Assembly: GCA_963666315.2 (NCBI GenBank)
Contig: CAXXHG010000014.1
Location: 1 to 64,000, forward strand
Direction of reading: 5' to 3'
Length of the DNA stretch: 64,000 bases
Source of the DNA: Candidatus Binatia bacterium
Lineage (GTDB): Bacteria; Desulfobacterota; Binatia; Bin18
The position numbers were made by a program, and so were the translations under genes. Under the pieces are notes generated by a model. It saw only the letters and a program-made list of their open reading frames with translations. It was not told the origin of the DNA and made no database searches. The stretch's first letter is position 1. The number at the start of each line of letters is the position of its first letter. Positions 28,811-39,014 of the stretch are shown piece by piece.

Positions 28811-29048
28811 CGACCTCGACAAACGTCTTCGCCAGGCTGCGCTAGCAAAAAAGGCGGATATGGCACGCCCGAATCTGGCACGCCCGAATCTGGCTCGCAT
28901 CGAAGCAGGTCGCTACCGCCCTGCGTTAGAAACGCTTGAGCGCATTGCGTCCGCTCTTGGCTATTCCGTAGGTATGCTTGTCTCTGCCCAAACAATTCCG
29001 CATAAAGAAAGACAGAAGAAGATGCCGCGGAAAAGAAAAGCTGCATAG
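28777..29048 (+). CDS. XRE HTH regulator/antitoxin remnant
   Basis: MARPNLARPNLARIEAGRYRP.LETLERIA.ALG; 15-bp tandem duplication at 28861-28890. Confidence 0.6.
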
Positions 29049-29057
29049 AGGGAAATC

Positions 29058-29538
29058 ATGCCAGACCTCAGTACGTATGAAGACCGTCGCAACGCACTCA
29101 AACAACAGCATCTCTCAGATGACAAGCCGGCGAGCCCACCAGCCTATACAGGCGGTGTGGATCATCTTGCGCTGATCAGCTCGGACCTTGATAAGACTAT
29201 CCGATTTTATACTGAGGTTGTTGGCATGCGGTTGACCCAGGTTTTCCAAAACCGGGATGAGCCGACTTCAACACATATCTTTTTTGATATGGGTGGCGGC
29301 AATTCATTGGCGTTTTTTGACTTTCCGGAGAAAGACACTGAGCCCACGGTTCGGGGTGTGGGCAGTATGCACCATATTGCGCTCAAGGCAACGCCTGAGC
29401 AGTTTCAGGCCCTGCTGGCGAAGCTAGACGAGAAGCAGGTTCAATATTCCCTTGCATGGCACACGAGAAAAGGGGTCAGTGTATATGCGTGACCCGGACA
29501 ATATTCAGGTTGAAGTCACAACAGGGTATGGGTTTTGA
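29058..29538 (+). CDS. VOC/glyoxalase family protein (frameshift near 29450)
   Basis: GVDHLAL..SDLD.TI.FY, MHHIAL; SVYMRDPDNIQVE continues in the shifted frame. Confidence 0.8.
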
Positions 29539-29604
29539 AGCCTGTTCTCGCACATTCAGGGCCAACCCAACTCTGTAGACGGAGAAAATTGAGGAACAAA
29601 GAAA

Positions 29605-29659
29605 CTCACCCCGGCCGCCGACCTAGGGTCGGACGCGCCACCCCTTCCAAGAGGGGAAT
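29605..29659. repeat. Family A element, right half only
   Basis: caccccggccgccgacctagggtcggacgcgccaccccttccaagaggggaat. Confidence 0.7.
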
Positions 29660-29679
29660 AGCATAAGGAGGCACAGGTC

Positions 29680-30144
29680 ATGCTCGGAGCTGTTGCACAT
29701 ATTGGCATTACTGTCAGGGATATGGACAAGGCGGTTGAGTTTTACCGAGACACGCTAGGACTCAAGGTGATCGGCGACGTGACCATTCAAGGGCAAGAGG
29801 CGAGCACGGTCACGCAGGTGCCTGATACAAAACTGCGCGCCGTCTACCTGCGTTATGAGGATGACCCAAAAGGCCCGCCGATTGAACTCCTGCATTTCAT
29901 CGAACCAAAGGGAGACAATGGTAAACCGTATCCAGGACTCGCCAACCCCGGCATTACTGAGATCGCATTTTGGGTCAAGGATATTGAAAAGACGTATCAA
30001 GAATTGCAGGAAAAAGGCGTTGACTTCTATTCGGCCCCGCAGCTTTTTGATCTGGAGGGAGAGGGCTACGGAAAAGTCAAAGCCGTGTATTTTCGTGACC
30101 TGGATGGCACGACGTTAGAGTTGCTGCAGAATATTGCAGACTAG
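29680..30144 (+). CDS. VOC family protein (methylmalonyl-CoA epimerase-like fold)
   Basis: HIGITV.DMD.AVEFY..LG, IELL.F, YFRDLDG..LEL. Confidence 0.88.
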   Translation: MLGAVAHIGITVRDMDKAVEFYRDTLGLKVIGDVTIQGQEASTVTQVPDTKLRAVYLRYEDDPKGPPIELLHFIEPKGDNGKPYPGLANPGITEIAFWVKDIEKTYQELQEKGVDFYSAPQLFDLEGEGYGKVKAVYFRDLDGTTLELLQNIAD

Positions 30145-30253
30145 CCTGCTGCTGCACGGGGCACAGGCTACGGCACGTCTGCCCGGTAAGCCGCACTCTG
30201 CGAGGGCATGAAAAGACGTTCGCTCAGCGTAGCCCTGACCTCCTTGCTCGTCA

Positions 30254-30923
30254 TTGGTCCATACTCTCTCGTCTTTTACAACGCACCCTCTGTTGCCGGA
30301 GCTTGGTGTTGAGGATGGGCTGGTCAAGAATCTCGAAGCCTTTTTCTCCTGCTCGCCTCCGGCTTATTCTTTGGCGCGTCTTTCACTCATAGGGAGTCCC
30401 ACGATCCTCTTCGAAAGACGCACCCCAGGAGGAAGAGCTTCCACCTTCTACTACGCGTGCTGTTTCTGTTTGGGTTTGATGCAATCAGCTGGGGCCAGTG
30501 CCTCCTGCAGTGGGAAACTCCGCGTTTCTTCCAAGCGCTCAACGCCCAAAATGAGACCAATTTGCATAATATCTGGATTTTTCACGGCAAAAATCTAGAC
30601 GGCAATTTCAAATCACCCCTGGCTAGCCTACTCACGATCAACCGGCTCTTCGTCATTTTTTCGTTCTTCCTTTCCTCAACCTCTGTTCCATGCGGATACG
30701 AACTTGGTTCAACCGTCTGGGGATCCCTTTTGCCCCAGTCTGGATTGCTGGGGTGTTCGTGCTGCGTGCGACCGTTTTTAACCTCATCTTTCATCTTTTT
30801 CCTGATCTACCTGTGGACGTGCGGAGAGGGCTGCATGAACTGAAAGAGAGTAATGGAGCCTTCCTCTTCACCCTCATCGCCTATGCGCATTGGACAACCG
30901 AACACCGTGTAGCTGTCAGATAA
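30254..30923 (+). pseudogene. Membrane protein remnant
   Basis: EDGLV.NL, ISWGQ, NAQNETNLHN segments scattered over different frames. Confidence 0.5.
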
Positions 30924-30944
30924 AGGGAGACCTCAGGCTCATGT

Positions 30945-32126
30945 CTAGCCCCGCTCCTCAAACCACGCCTTGCCATCCAGATATTGCTGCGGCACTAAGA
31001 TCGAGCCTTCCATAATGCGTCGCGCTGTGCGTGTGGTCGTCACTTGCTCGGCGTACCATTCCCCTGCTCGGTGCGAGACTATTGCCCCAACCTGCATGAC
31101 CCCGGCAGGATGACCGATGCGGATGTCCTGCGAGTCTCTCTGCTGTGTGACTTCGTGCACTACCGTGCCTTCAACCTGTGCCGCAACTGCAGTACACATG
31201 GAAACCGTACCCGGAAAGGTGCGGTGGGTATTGCGCATAGAGATGGCCCTGGCCACGAGATCGATCTGCCCAGCTTCGACGAGCTTTCCGCTACTTATCG
31301 TATATGCCGCTGACGGGCCGACAAGCACAATTTTCGGGATGTGTTGCACTGTTTGGTGGGCTTCTTCAATGCTGGCGGCCAGACCGAGTAGCACTGCCGT
31401 TCGGCAGCGGATTTCTTCCAGCGTAGTCTGCAAAACACGGTCCCTATCAAGCGCAGGCGCGAGCGGGGTGGCAGCCACTCCGAGTTCACTCGCTCGTACA
31501 AAGACCGTCGGGATAGCCGCATCAACAATGGAAATCGTCACCTGGCATGTGTCCGTAAGCTGACACTGCTGGCGGGGTGTATGTGTGGGCAAGAGTTTTC
31601 CGCCCAGCGATCCAGCAGGATTTTCGAATTCCAATGTGATACACGCACCGGGAGCAGGCACGCCGTCAATCACATAGTCGCCTTCAACCACAGCGTGACC
31701 GTCGCACACTGGGACATAGGCCACATAGCGTTTGTTTGTATTCGTCGCCAGTACACGCACGGTGGTAACGGGCTCCACCGCAGGAATCAGCCCTTCGTCT
31801 ATGGCAAACGGGCCCACCGCGGCCGACATATTGCCGCAGGTGCCGCTCCAATCAATCTGCGGCGTACGCACGTCCACCTGGCCGAAGGTAAATGTCACAT
31901 CGCTGTCCGCTTCTGTACTGCGGCCGACAATGACCACCTTACTCAGTGAAGAGATCCCCCCGCCAAGTCCGTCAATCTGGCGGCCATGCACATCGGGGCT
32001 GCCCAAGGCGGCCAAGATGATCCGCTCGCGAACGGGCTGCGGGTATGGGGCCAAAACCTCTTCACGAAAGCACACCGCCCGACTTGTCCCGCCGCGCATA
32101 AAGACCGCGGGGATCTTTGTTTGCAT
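30945..32126 (-). CDS. prpF: PrpF-family (methylaconitate/methylitaconate) isomerase
   Basis: MRGGTSR, QIDGLGGG.SSLSK, CGNMSAAVGPFAI, IGHPAG, RTARRIMEG. Confidence 0.9.
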   Translation of the reverse strand: MQTKIPAVFMRGGTSRAVCFREEVLAPYPQPVRERIILAALGSPDVHGRQIDGLGGGISSLSKVVIVGRSTEADSDVTFTFGQVDVRTPQIDWSGTCGNMSAAVGPFAIDEGLIPAVEPVTTVRVLATNTNKRYVAYVPVCDGHAVVEGDYVIDGVPAPGACITLEFENPAGSLGGKLLPTHTPRQQCQLTDTCQVTISIVDAAIPTVFVRASELGVAATPLAPALDRDRVLQTTLEEIRCRTAVLLGLAASIEEAHQTVQHIPKIVLVGPSAAYTISSGKLVEAGQIDLVARAISMRNTHRTFPGTVSMCTAVAAQVEGTVVHEVTQQRDSQDIRIGHPAGVMQVGAIVSHRAGEWYAEQVTTTRTARRIMEGSILVPQQYLDGKAWFEERG

Positions 32127-32132
32127 CAGCTT

Positions 32133-33113
32133 CTACGCCCCACGGACCGCAGGCATGACTTCTTTCGCAAAACGGTGCAGGGCTTTCCGGTCGTAGTCCG
32201 GGAACATAGACACGATGAAATATCGTACCCCGGCGTCGGTATACGCCTGTATCAAGGCGTGGACTTTATCTGGGGATAGCTTGAGCTGCGCGGGGCTGAG
32301 AGAAGTGGATTTCTGTACTTCAGCGGGATCGCGCCCGACCTCTTTACAGATCGCATCGAATCTGGTGGCGATCTTTTTGACGGCCTCCGCTCCACCCTTG
32401 CGCACAAAGAAATGCCAGATGTTCGCATGCCGCGCCGCGAGCGGCTGAATCACCTTGGGCCCCATACCGCCGATCAGAATAGGCGGATGCGGTTTCTGAA
32501 GGGGTTTGGGCTCAAACGGCGCGTCTTTGATTTGGTAGTATTTGCCGTCGTAGGTCGTCTTGTCTTGGGTAAAAAGCATCTTGATCAACTCGACCGCTTC
32601 CACCAGCCGCCGCGCTCGGCCCCCAGGTGTATAATACGGAATCCCATACGCCTGATGCTCTAATTCAAACCACCCCGCACCCATGCCCAGGATCAACCGG
32701 CCGCCACTCACATGGTCAACCGTGGCCGCCATTTTGGCCAGCACGACGGGATTGCGGTAGGTATTGCCGGTCACAAGCAAACCGACCTTCAGCCGTTTCG
32801 TCTGGGCAGCTAAGGCGGCTAGTAGCGTCCAGCCTTCGAAACAGGGACCGCTCGGATCGGAAAGAATGGGCATAAAATGGTCAAACGCAAAGGCACTATC
32901 AAAGCCGAGGGCATCCGCCTCCAACCACACCTCTTGGATTTGACTATAGGACACATTCTGCGGAGGCGTCTGTACTCCAAAACTCAGGCCGCTTGGAGAA
33001 GAAGCCGCATAGCTCAATTGAGGAATAGAGAAATTTTGCGCGAGAGTGGCTGCGGTAACAACTGCGCTCGTATTCTTAAGAAAAGTCCGACGTGAGATCT
33101 GTTCTTTTGGCAT
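32133..33113 (-). CDS. Luciferase-like (probably F420-dependent) oxidoreductase with a Tat signal
   Basis: SRRTFLK twin-arginine signal; DHF, EGWTLLAALA..T, YRNP..LAKMAATVDH.SGGR..LG.GAGW, PPILIGG.G. Confidence 0.88.
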   Translation of the reverse strand: MPKEQISRRTFLKNTSAVVTAATLAQNFSIPQLSYAASSPSGLSFGVQTPPQNVSYSQIQEVWLEADALGFDSAFAFDHFMPILSDPSGPCFEGWTLLAALAAQTKRLKVGLLVTGNTYRNPVVLAKMAATVDHVSGGRLILGMGAGWFELEHQAYGIPYYTPGGRARRLVEAVELIKMLFTQDKTTYDGKYYQIKDAPFEPKPLQKPHPPILIGGMGPKVIQPLAARHANIWHFFVRKGGAEAVKKIATRFDAICKEVGRDPAEVQKSTSLSPAQLKLSPDKVHALIQAYTDAGVRYFIVSMFPDYDRKALHRFAKEVMPAVRGA

Positions 33114-33196
33114 ATGAAATCCTCTAGATGATCCTTTATTTGCTCTGTATTGGGCACACCGCCGTGCGCCCTGACACTAGACATCTTAAGCCGCCT

Positions 33197-34084
33197 TCAC
33201 ACTTTCGCCATAACCTCTTCCGCAAACCGTTCCATCTCAGGATACAGATCGGTTTGAAACTTCCTGCGCGGCACCCAGCCAGGGGCAAACACAAACAGGC
33301 GGTGCACCCCGGCGTCTTCAAACTGTTTGACCGTATCGATACTCAGCGCCATCCTAGGCTCCAAGCCGACGGTAATCTCAAACTGGGAAAAATCTCGACC
33401 AGCTTGCCGCGTGAGATCTTTGAGCTGAGACACATACGGTTGCACACTCTGCGGGGTATACCGAATACCACACCAGCCGTCGGCTAAGTCGGCCGCGCGC
33501 TTGAGTGCCGCCCGACTTTCCCCACCGAAGATAACCGGCGGATGTGGATTTTGAACCGGCTTGGGATTAAATCCAACTGGCTTAAAGTGGTGGAATTTTC
33601 CTGAGAACTGCGGAGTCTCTTCCGTCCACAGGGCACGCATAACCTTGACAGCCTCACGCGTACGCGCCGCCCGATCACGAAACGACATCCCGACCGCATC
33701 GAATTCTTCTTCACACCAACCCACACCAATGCCGAACAGTACTCGGCCGTGCGACAACACATCCAGACTTGCTACCGCTTTGGCAACCGACAACGTATTC
33801 CGTAGTGGCAAAACAAAGACACCCGTCCCCAACTTGATCGTCTTGGTATGCGCGGCAACAAAGGCCAGGGCCACAAATGGATCGTGCAGATTCACCCCCG
33901 GCCCGCCCGGAAATTTTCCATCTGCAGAGCCGGGATAACGTGCTTGCATGTCAACCGGCACGGCCAAATGTTCAGGAATCCAGACCGATTCGTAGCCGAG
34001 CGCTTCCGCCTTCTGGGCCACTTCAGTCAAGGGTTCAGGTCGGATAGTCGAGCCACTGCCGACTCCGATCAATGCAAATTTCAT
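33197..34084 (-). CDS. Luciferase-like (probably F420-dependent) oxidoreductase
   Basis: AE.LGYESVW.PEH, DPFVALAF.AA.T..I.LGTGV, PKPVQ.PHPP...GG.S. Confidence 0.9.
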   Translation of the reverse strand: MKFALIGVGSGSTIRPEPLTEVAQKAEALGYESVWIPEHLAVPVDMQARYPGSADGKFPGGPGVNLHDPFVALAFVAAHTKTIKLGTGVFVLPLRNTLSVAKAVASLDVLSHGRVLFGIGVGWCEEEFDAVGMSFRDRAARTREAVKVMRALWTEETPQFSGKFHHFKPVGFNPKPVQNPHPPVIFGGESRAALKRAADLADGWCGIRYTPQSVQPYVSQLKDLTRQAGRDFSQFEITVGLEPRMALSIDTVKQFEDAGVHRLFVFAPGWVPRRKFQTDLYPEMERFAEEVMAKV

Positions 34085-34354
34085 ACAGACTTCCCCTTTC
34101 TATGCTGCCTTTATCGGTCCCGTCCTTCCTCCTTAACGCATATTCTCCGCATTCGACACCAGCGAGCTTAGAGCGTGGACTAGCGTAGATTTGGGAAAGG
34201 CCATTTTAGAAACCTGTAGTCATACCGATTTCCTTCTCCATAGGGATTGTGTGCATATCGTCCCCACACAAGGGAAAAAGTGAAACCGTTCGCAGCATGT
34301 AGAAAGAGGCCGGCTGAGCTGCCCGCGCCTTCGCCCCGGTAGCTCCAACGCGCC

Positions 34355-35812
34355 TTGGCTGAAGACGGTCGGCTCTTGGGCTTTATTGATCGCATTGAAG
34401 CAGTGTGGGTCAACCTCCAAAAGGAGGGAAGAATTACCCCGCCTGTGCTCGACCTCTCAGCCCTGCTGTTTGAGCACGCAGCCTCCCTTGTCCCTATTGA
34501 ACTAGCAGCCCTGTATCGTGTTGATCCAGACACGCAGGAATTTTTCTTTGAGCGGAGCGCCCCGTCTAGCCTGGCTGACGACCTTCAGGCCGAAGGCCAG
34601 GCGCAAATTAAACACGGGGCTTTTGCCTTGACGTTGAAGCGCTGCCGCCCGACTGTGGCTGCGAGTCACCTGCTGCACCGTGATTATCCACGCAAAGAGG
34701 GCCAACGGCATATGGCAGAGGGGAATTTTGCACGAACGCTCAGACGCAATCGGCCCACGGTATGTGACAGCATCAGCCTGCATCATGCGTACACCCGAGT
34801 ACGGACGGTTGTTCTGGTTCCACTGACGACTTTGCAAGCCGTACATGGCATGGTCTTACTCGCTGTTGAGCGATCCGAAAAAGATATGACCCCGCCTGAG
34901 CTCACGCTCCTCTCCACCCTGGCCGTGCAAACCGCATTGGCCTTGGAAAGTGAACAGCACGCACACGCTCTCCGGGAGCAGCAGGTGCGGATTGAACGAG
35001 AGGTGCAACAACGGACTGCAGAGCTGGAACAGGCCAATCGAGCCACGCAAAATCTCAATCAAGAACTCGAAACCAAGCTCGCCCAACTGCAGCAACTCAA
35101 TGGCAGCCTGACCATGGTTGACCGAGTACGGGACGGTTTTCTGGCGACAGCGTCCCACGAGCTGCGTACGCTGTTGAGTGCGATTCTCAGTTCATTGGAT
35201 ATCATTCGGGAAGAGTGGAACGACCGTTTGCCTGCGCAAGGACAACATTTGCTGGAAATTTGCGAGCGTAACAGCACTCTCCTCATGTCGCTGGTATCCG
35301 ACCTCTTAGATATGGCCGCCTTACGCAGCGGTCGAGCGCAATTCAACCGGCAGAAAGTCCCGCTGTCGCCTCTGGTACAACAGATCTTTAGTACGGTCTC
35401 TCCCCTGGCCCGTAGTAAAAACGTCAAGCTCTTGAACACCGTCCTGCCCCACGTTGAAGTGTACGCCGATGCCCAGCGTCTTCAGCAAGTTCTACTCAAC
35501 CTGGTTGGCAACGCTATCAAGTTCTCAAAAAAGGACTCGGCGAGTGTGCGGATCAGCGCAGAACAGGAGGCGGAGCGAGTCATCGTGAGCGTGACGGACG
35601 ACGGCGTCGGCATTCCACCGGGCGAGGTCGAACATATTTTCGAGCCCTTCGTACAGGTCGATAACGCCCCGCATGGTTCGGCCAAGGGGACGGGCTTGGG
35701 TCTGGCAATCTGTCAATCCATGGTCGAACAGCACGGCGGCTCGATCTGGGTTGAGAGTGAAGAAGGCGTGGGGAGCCGGTTTTCTTTCTCCCTGCCTTGT
35801 GCCGGCAGCTAA
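34355..35812 (+). CDS. GAF-domain sensor histidine kinase
   Basis: SHELRT H-box, LQQVLLNLVGNAIKF, DDGVGI, GTGLGLAI; GAF-like N-terminus. Confidence 0.9.
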   Translation: MAEDGRLLGFIDRIEAVWVNLQKEGRITPPVLDLSALLFEHAASLVPIELAALYRVDPDTQEFFFERSAPSSLADDLQAEGQAQIKHGAFALTLKRCRPTVAASHLLHRDYPRKEGQRHMAEGNFARTLRRNRPTVCDSISLHHAYTRVRTVVLVPLTTLQAVHGMVLLAVERSEKDMTPPELTLLSTLAVQTALALESEQHAHALREQQVRIEREVQQRTAELEQANRATQNLNQELETKLAQLQQLNGSLTMVDRVRDGFLATASHELRTLLSAILSSLDIIREEWNDRLPAQGQHLLEICERNSTLLMSLVSDLLDMAALRSGRAQFNRQKVPLSPLVQQIFSTVSPLARSKNVKLLNTVLPHVEVYADAQRLQQVLLNLVGNAIKFSKKDSASVRISAEQEAERVIVSVTDDGVGIPPGEVEHIFEPFVQVDNAPHGSAKGTGLGLAICQSMVEQHGGSIWVESEEGVGSRFSFSLPCAGS

Positions 35813-35827
35813 GCCGTGCGGCCCGCG

Positions 35828-37019
35828 CTACTCGTCGGTCTCACACAATCTTCGGACCACGCCAAGAATCGTATCCGTCCCATTCTCAAACGTTTCCCGC
35901 CGAATACTCTCATTCGGCTTATGGGCTTGGTCTAAATCCCCAGGTCCACAAATCAGCGATGCAATACCGCCAGAGGCAAACTGACAGCCGTCAGTCGCAA
36001 AGGGTGCGCCGCCGCTGGTGTCCTGATCCAGCACCTCGAACAGCGCGCCTTCCAGCGGGGTTCCGCGTGGCGAAAAAAGTGGCGGCACGATAAGCGGCTC
36101 GGTCAGCTCAACGCTCGCCCGGTGCTGTGAGCCACTGTAATCGACCAGGTCGAGCGCACGCACACGCCGGGCAATCTCGTGATAGCAGGCCAGCGGATCG
36201 GCTTTGGGTAAGGGTCGGTAGCTGACCTGGATCGTGCACTGCTCGGCAATCATATTCCCCGCAGTGCCACCTCGCAGCAGCCCGAAATTCAGCGTGGGAT
36301 ACGGAGACTCAGGGAAAAGTTCAGCAAAAGTGGGAGAAGGCCGTGCGTGCAGTTCGGCTTGATACTGTCCAATTGTATCAATGACCTTGCCTGCTACCGC
36401 AATCGCATTCACCCCATGTTCAGGCGTACTGCTGTGGCCGCCGAGGCCATGGATAGTGATAGAAAAAACGGCGACCCCCTTATGGGCGTGAAAAACCTGA
36501 TACGAGGTAGGTTCACCGATCCAAGCCAGTCGGGGTTGTGGGATATCACCGAGCAGGTCTGACAGCGCAGGCATGAGCCGCGCAGCGCCCAAACACCCGA
36601 CTTCCTCATCTGCAGTAAACAGAAAAACCACGGGTCGTTTGAGTGCTGCCCAGGTCCAGAGATGCTGCGGCATCGACACATTGGGCCAAGAACACTTTCA
36701 TATCGGATGTCCCCCGCCCATAGACACGATCATCTTCCACGCCAAGAGCGAGAGGATCGCGTGTCCAACCCGGCTGATCGAGAAACGGCACAGTATCCAC
36801 ATGGCCGGAGAGAATCAGGCCATCCGGCTCCGGGGGACCAGCGAGTGCGACCAGATTCGCTTTGGGCACCCCGGCAACGTCTGTTTGCTGCAAGGCAACG
36901 CGAAAACCCGCGGCGTCCAAGTGGTTGCCCAGATATTCCATCGCTTCAACATTGCTCTTTTGGCTCACCGTGTTATGGGCAACCAAACGGCCTGCAACTT
37001 CCTGGAGATAAGTACTCAT
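35828..37019 (-). CDS. argE: M20 family acetylornithine deacetylase-like peptidase (frameshift near 36650)
   Basis: SGHVDTVP and GRGTSDMK in one frame; ADEEVGC.GA, IGEPT, GHSS, AHKPNE in the other. Confidence 0.78.
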
Positions 37020-37183
37020 ATCCGACCTCTTCGATCCAATATCTCTTCCAGCTCTCACTTAGGGAGAGATATTGACCTTTCCATTAGCCCTGAGAAGACA
37101 TACTACTAAAAAAACGATGTGGGAACAACACCCGACTATGCTGACCCTGACAATCACTCCGTATCTCTGCACTGCGGCTGCTC

Positions 37184-37939
37184 ATGATTAAACTCAGCGT
37201 AAACGTGAATAAAATCGCCACGCTGCGTAATGCGCGGGGCGGCGACCAGCCCAATGTTGTTCACGCTGCCCAGACGTGTATTCATGCGGGCTGTCACGGC
37301 ATTACCGCACACCCACGTCCGGATGCGCGTCACATTCGCTACCAGGACGTATTCGACCTTACGGCCCTATTGGCAGATGAGGCAAGCGTCGAGTTCAATA
37401 TCGAGGGCTATCCTTCGCCCGCATTCCTGGACCTGGTCTGCCAAGTACAGCCAACCCAGTGTACGCTCGTTCCTGATCCGCCCGACGTCCTGACCTCGAA
37501 TGCAGGCTGGGATTTGCGGGGCGATGTCACCTGGCTCAGCGATATTCTCCAGCGCTTGCACGATCAAGGCATTCGGACCAGTCTTTTTCTTGATCCGGAT
37601 GTGGACCAAGTGCAGCGGGCAAAGGACATCGGCACGGATCGGATTGAACTGTACACAGAACAGTATGCGCGCATGTTTGGCACTGCCGAGCAAGCTCAGA
37701 TTTTCGAACCGTATCATCAAGCGGCACGGTCGGCGCAAGAAGTCGGCCTGGGCCTGAATGCCGGGCATGATCTGAATTTGGACAACCTACCTTACTTTGT
37801 AGAACGTATGCCCGGCTTACTGGAAGTTTCCATCGGCCATGCCCTGATTTGTGACGCCCTGTACATGGGACTCGTCCCAACCGTAAAAGCATATCTCACA
37901 GCGCTGGGGTATGCGGGAGAGGAAAGCCGAGAGAGATAA
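37184..37939 (+). CDS. pdxJ: Pyridoxine 5'-phosphate synthase
   Basis: LSVNVNKIATLRNARG, HPRPDARHI, RIELYT, NAGHDL, EVSIGHAL. Confidence 0.96.
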   Translation: MIKLSVNVNKIATLRNARGGDQPNVVHAAQTCIHAGCHGITAHPRPDARHIRYQDVFDLTALLADEASVEFNIEGYPSPAFLDLVCQVQPTQCTLVPDPPDVLTSNAGWDLRGDVTWLSDILQRLHDQGIRTSLFLDPDVDQVQRAKDIGTDRIELYTEQYARMFGTAEQAQIFEPYHQAARSAQEVGLGLNAGHDLNLDNLPYFVERMPGLLEVSIGHALICDALYMGLVPTVKAYLTALGYAGEESRER

Positions 37940-37965
37940 TCATACACTGTATGAGGAGTTTTCTT

Positions 37966-38936
37966 ATGGGCATGTTGATTGACGGTCAGTGGACGACAGA
38001 AAATAACAAACCAGATGCAGCAGGCCGGTTTGTCCGACCCCAGACCCAGTTTCGCGATTGGATTACAGCCGACGGATCATCAGGTTTTGCTGCCGAAGTA
38101 GGCCGGTATCAGCTGTATGTCGCCATGGCCTGTCCGTGGGCGCATCGCACCCTCATTCTTCGTCAGCTCAAACAATTAGATACCATGGTCAGCCTGTCGA
38201 TTGTTGATCCGTTTATGGCAGAGGACGGCTGGGTTTTCAGCCAGGCGCCGGGCTGTATTCCTGACCCTATCCATCAGGCGACTTTCCTGCATGAGATTTA
38301 TGCGCATGCCCGGTCCGACTTCACTGGTCGTGTCACTGTTCCTGTCCTGTGGGATAAGCAAACGCGGACAATTGTGAATAATGAATCTGCGGAGATCATT
38401 CGTATGTTTGATACCGCGTGTGATGCGCTGGGAGATTCCAGCCTCAACTTCTACCCCACACCTTTGCAGCCAGCAAATCGATTCCACGATTCAAGATCTC
38501 TACCACCGGGTGAACAACGGCGTCTATCGCGCAGGCTTTGCCCGCAGCCAAGAATCGTACGATGAAGCGGTGACCGACGTGTTTGCCGCCCTTGACCACT
38601 ACGAAGCCGTGCTCTCCACACAACGCTACGTATGTGGCTCGGTGCTGACCGAGGCTGACTGGTGTTTCTTTCCGACATTGATTCGCTTTGACCTGGTGTA
38701 TCATGGCCATTTTAAGTGCAACCTGCGACGCATTACCGATTATCCAAACCTGTGGAACTACCTCAAGAGACTTGTATCAAGTACCTGGTGTGGCCGAGAC
38801 GTGCAATTTTGCCCATACCAAGCAGCACTATTATCAAAGTCACGAAAGCATTAACCCGACCCGTATTGTGCCGAGTGGCCCGGAGATCGACTTCAACGCG
38901 CTGCATAATCGACGATTCAAGGTCGATGATCGATGA
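37966..38936 (+). CDS. yqjG: Glutathionyl-hydroquinone reductase (two frameshifts)
   Basis: ACPWAHR, RVTVPVLWDK, IVNNES, NNGVYRAGFA, HFKCN, SINPTRIVP spread over three frames. Confidence 0.85.
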
Positions 38937-38979
38937 CCGGATGACCCGAGGATCCGATGACCGGATGGCCCGAGCATCG
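38925..38979. repeat. Degenerate octamer tandem repeat (GATGACCG)n, about 7 units
   Basis: gatgatc gatgaccg gatgaccc gaggatcc gatgaccg gatggccc gagcatcg. Confidence 0.75.
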
Positions 38980-39014
38980 GCAGCGGTTCGAGGACAGAGG
39001 TGAGGAGAACGCCC

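Noticed and set aside
25035-34084. Bioluminescence operon (luxCE plus luciferase-like genes)
   Set aside because: The LLM genes are about 5 kb away on the opposite strand and carry F420-type oxidoreductase motifs rather than LuxA/LuxB; no luxD or luxG.
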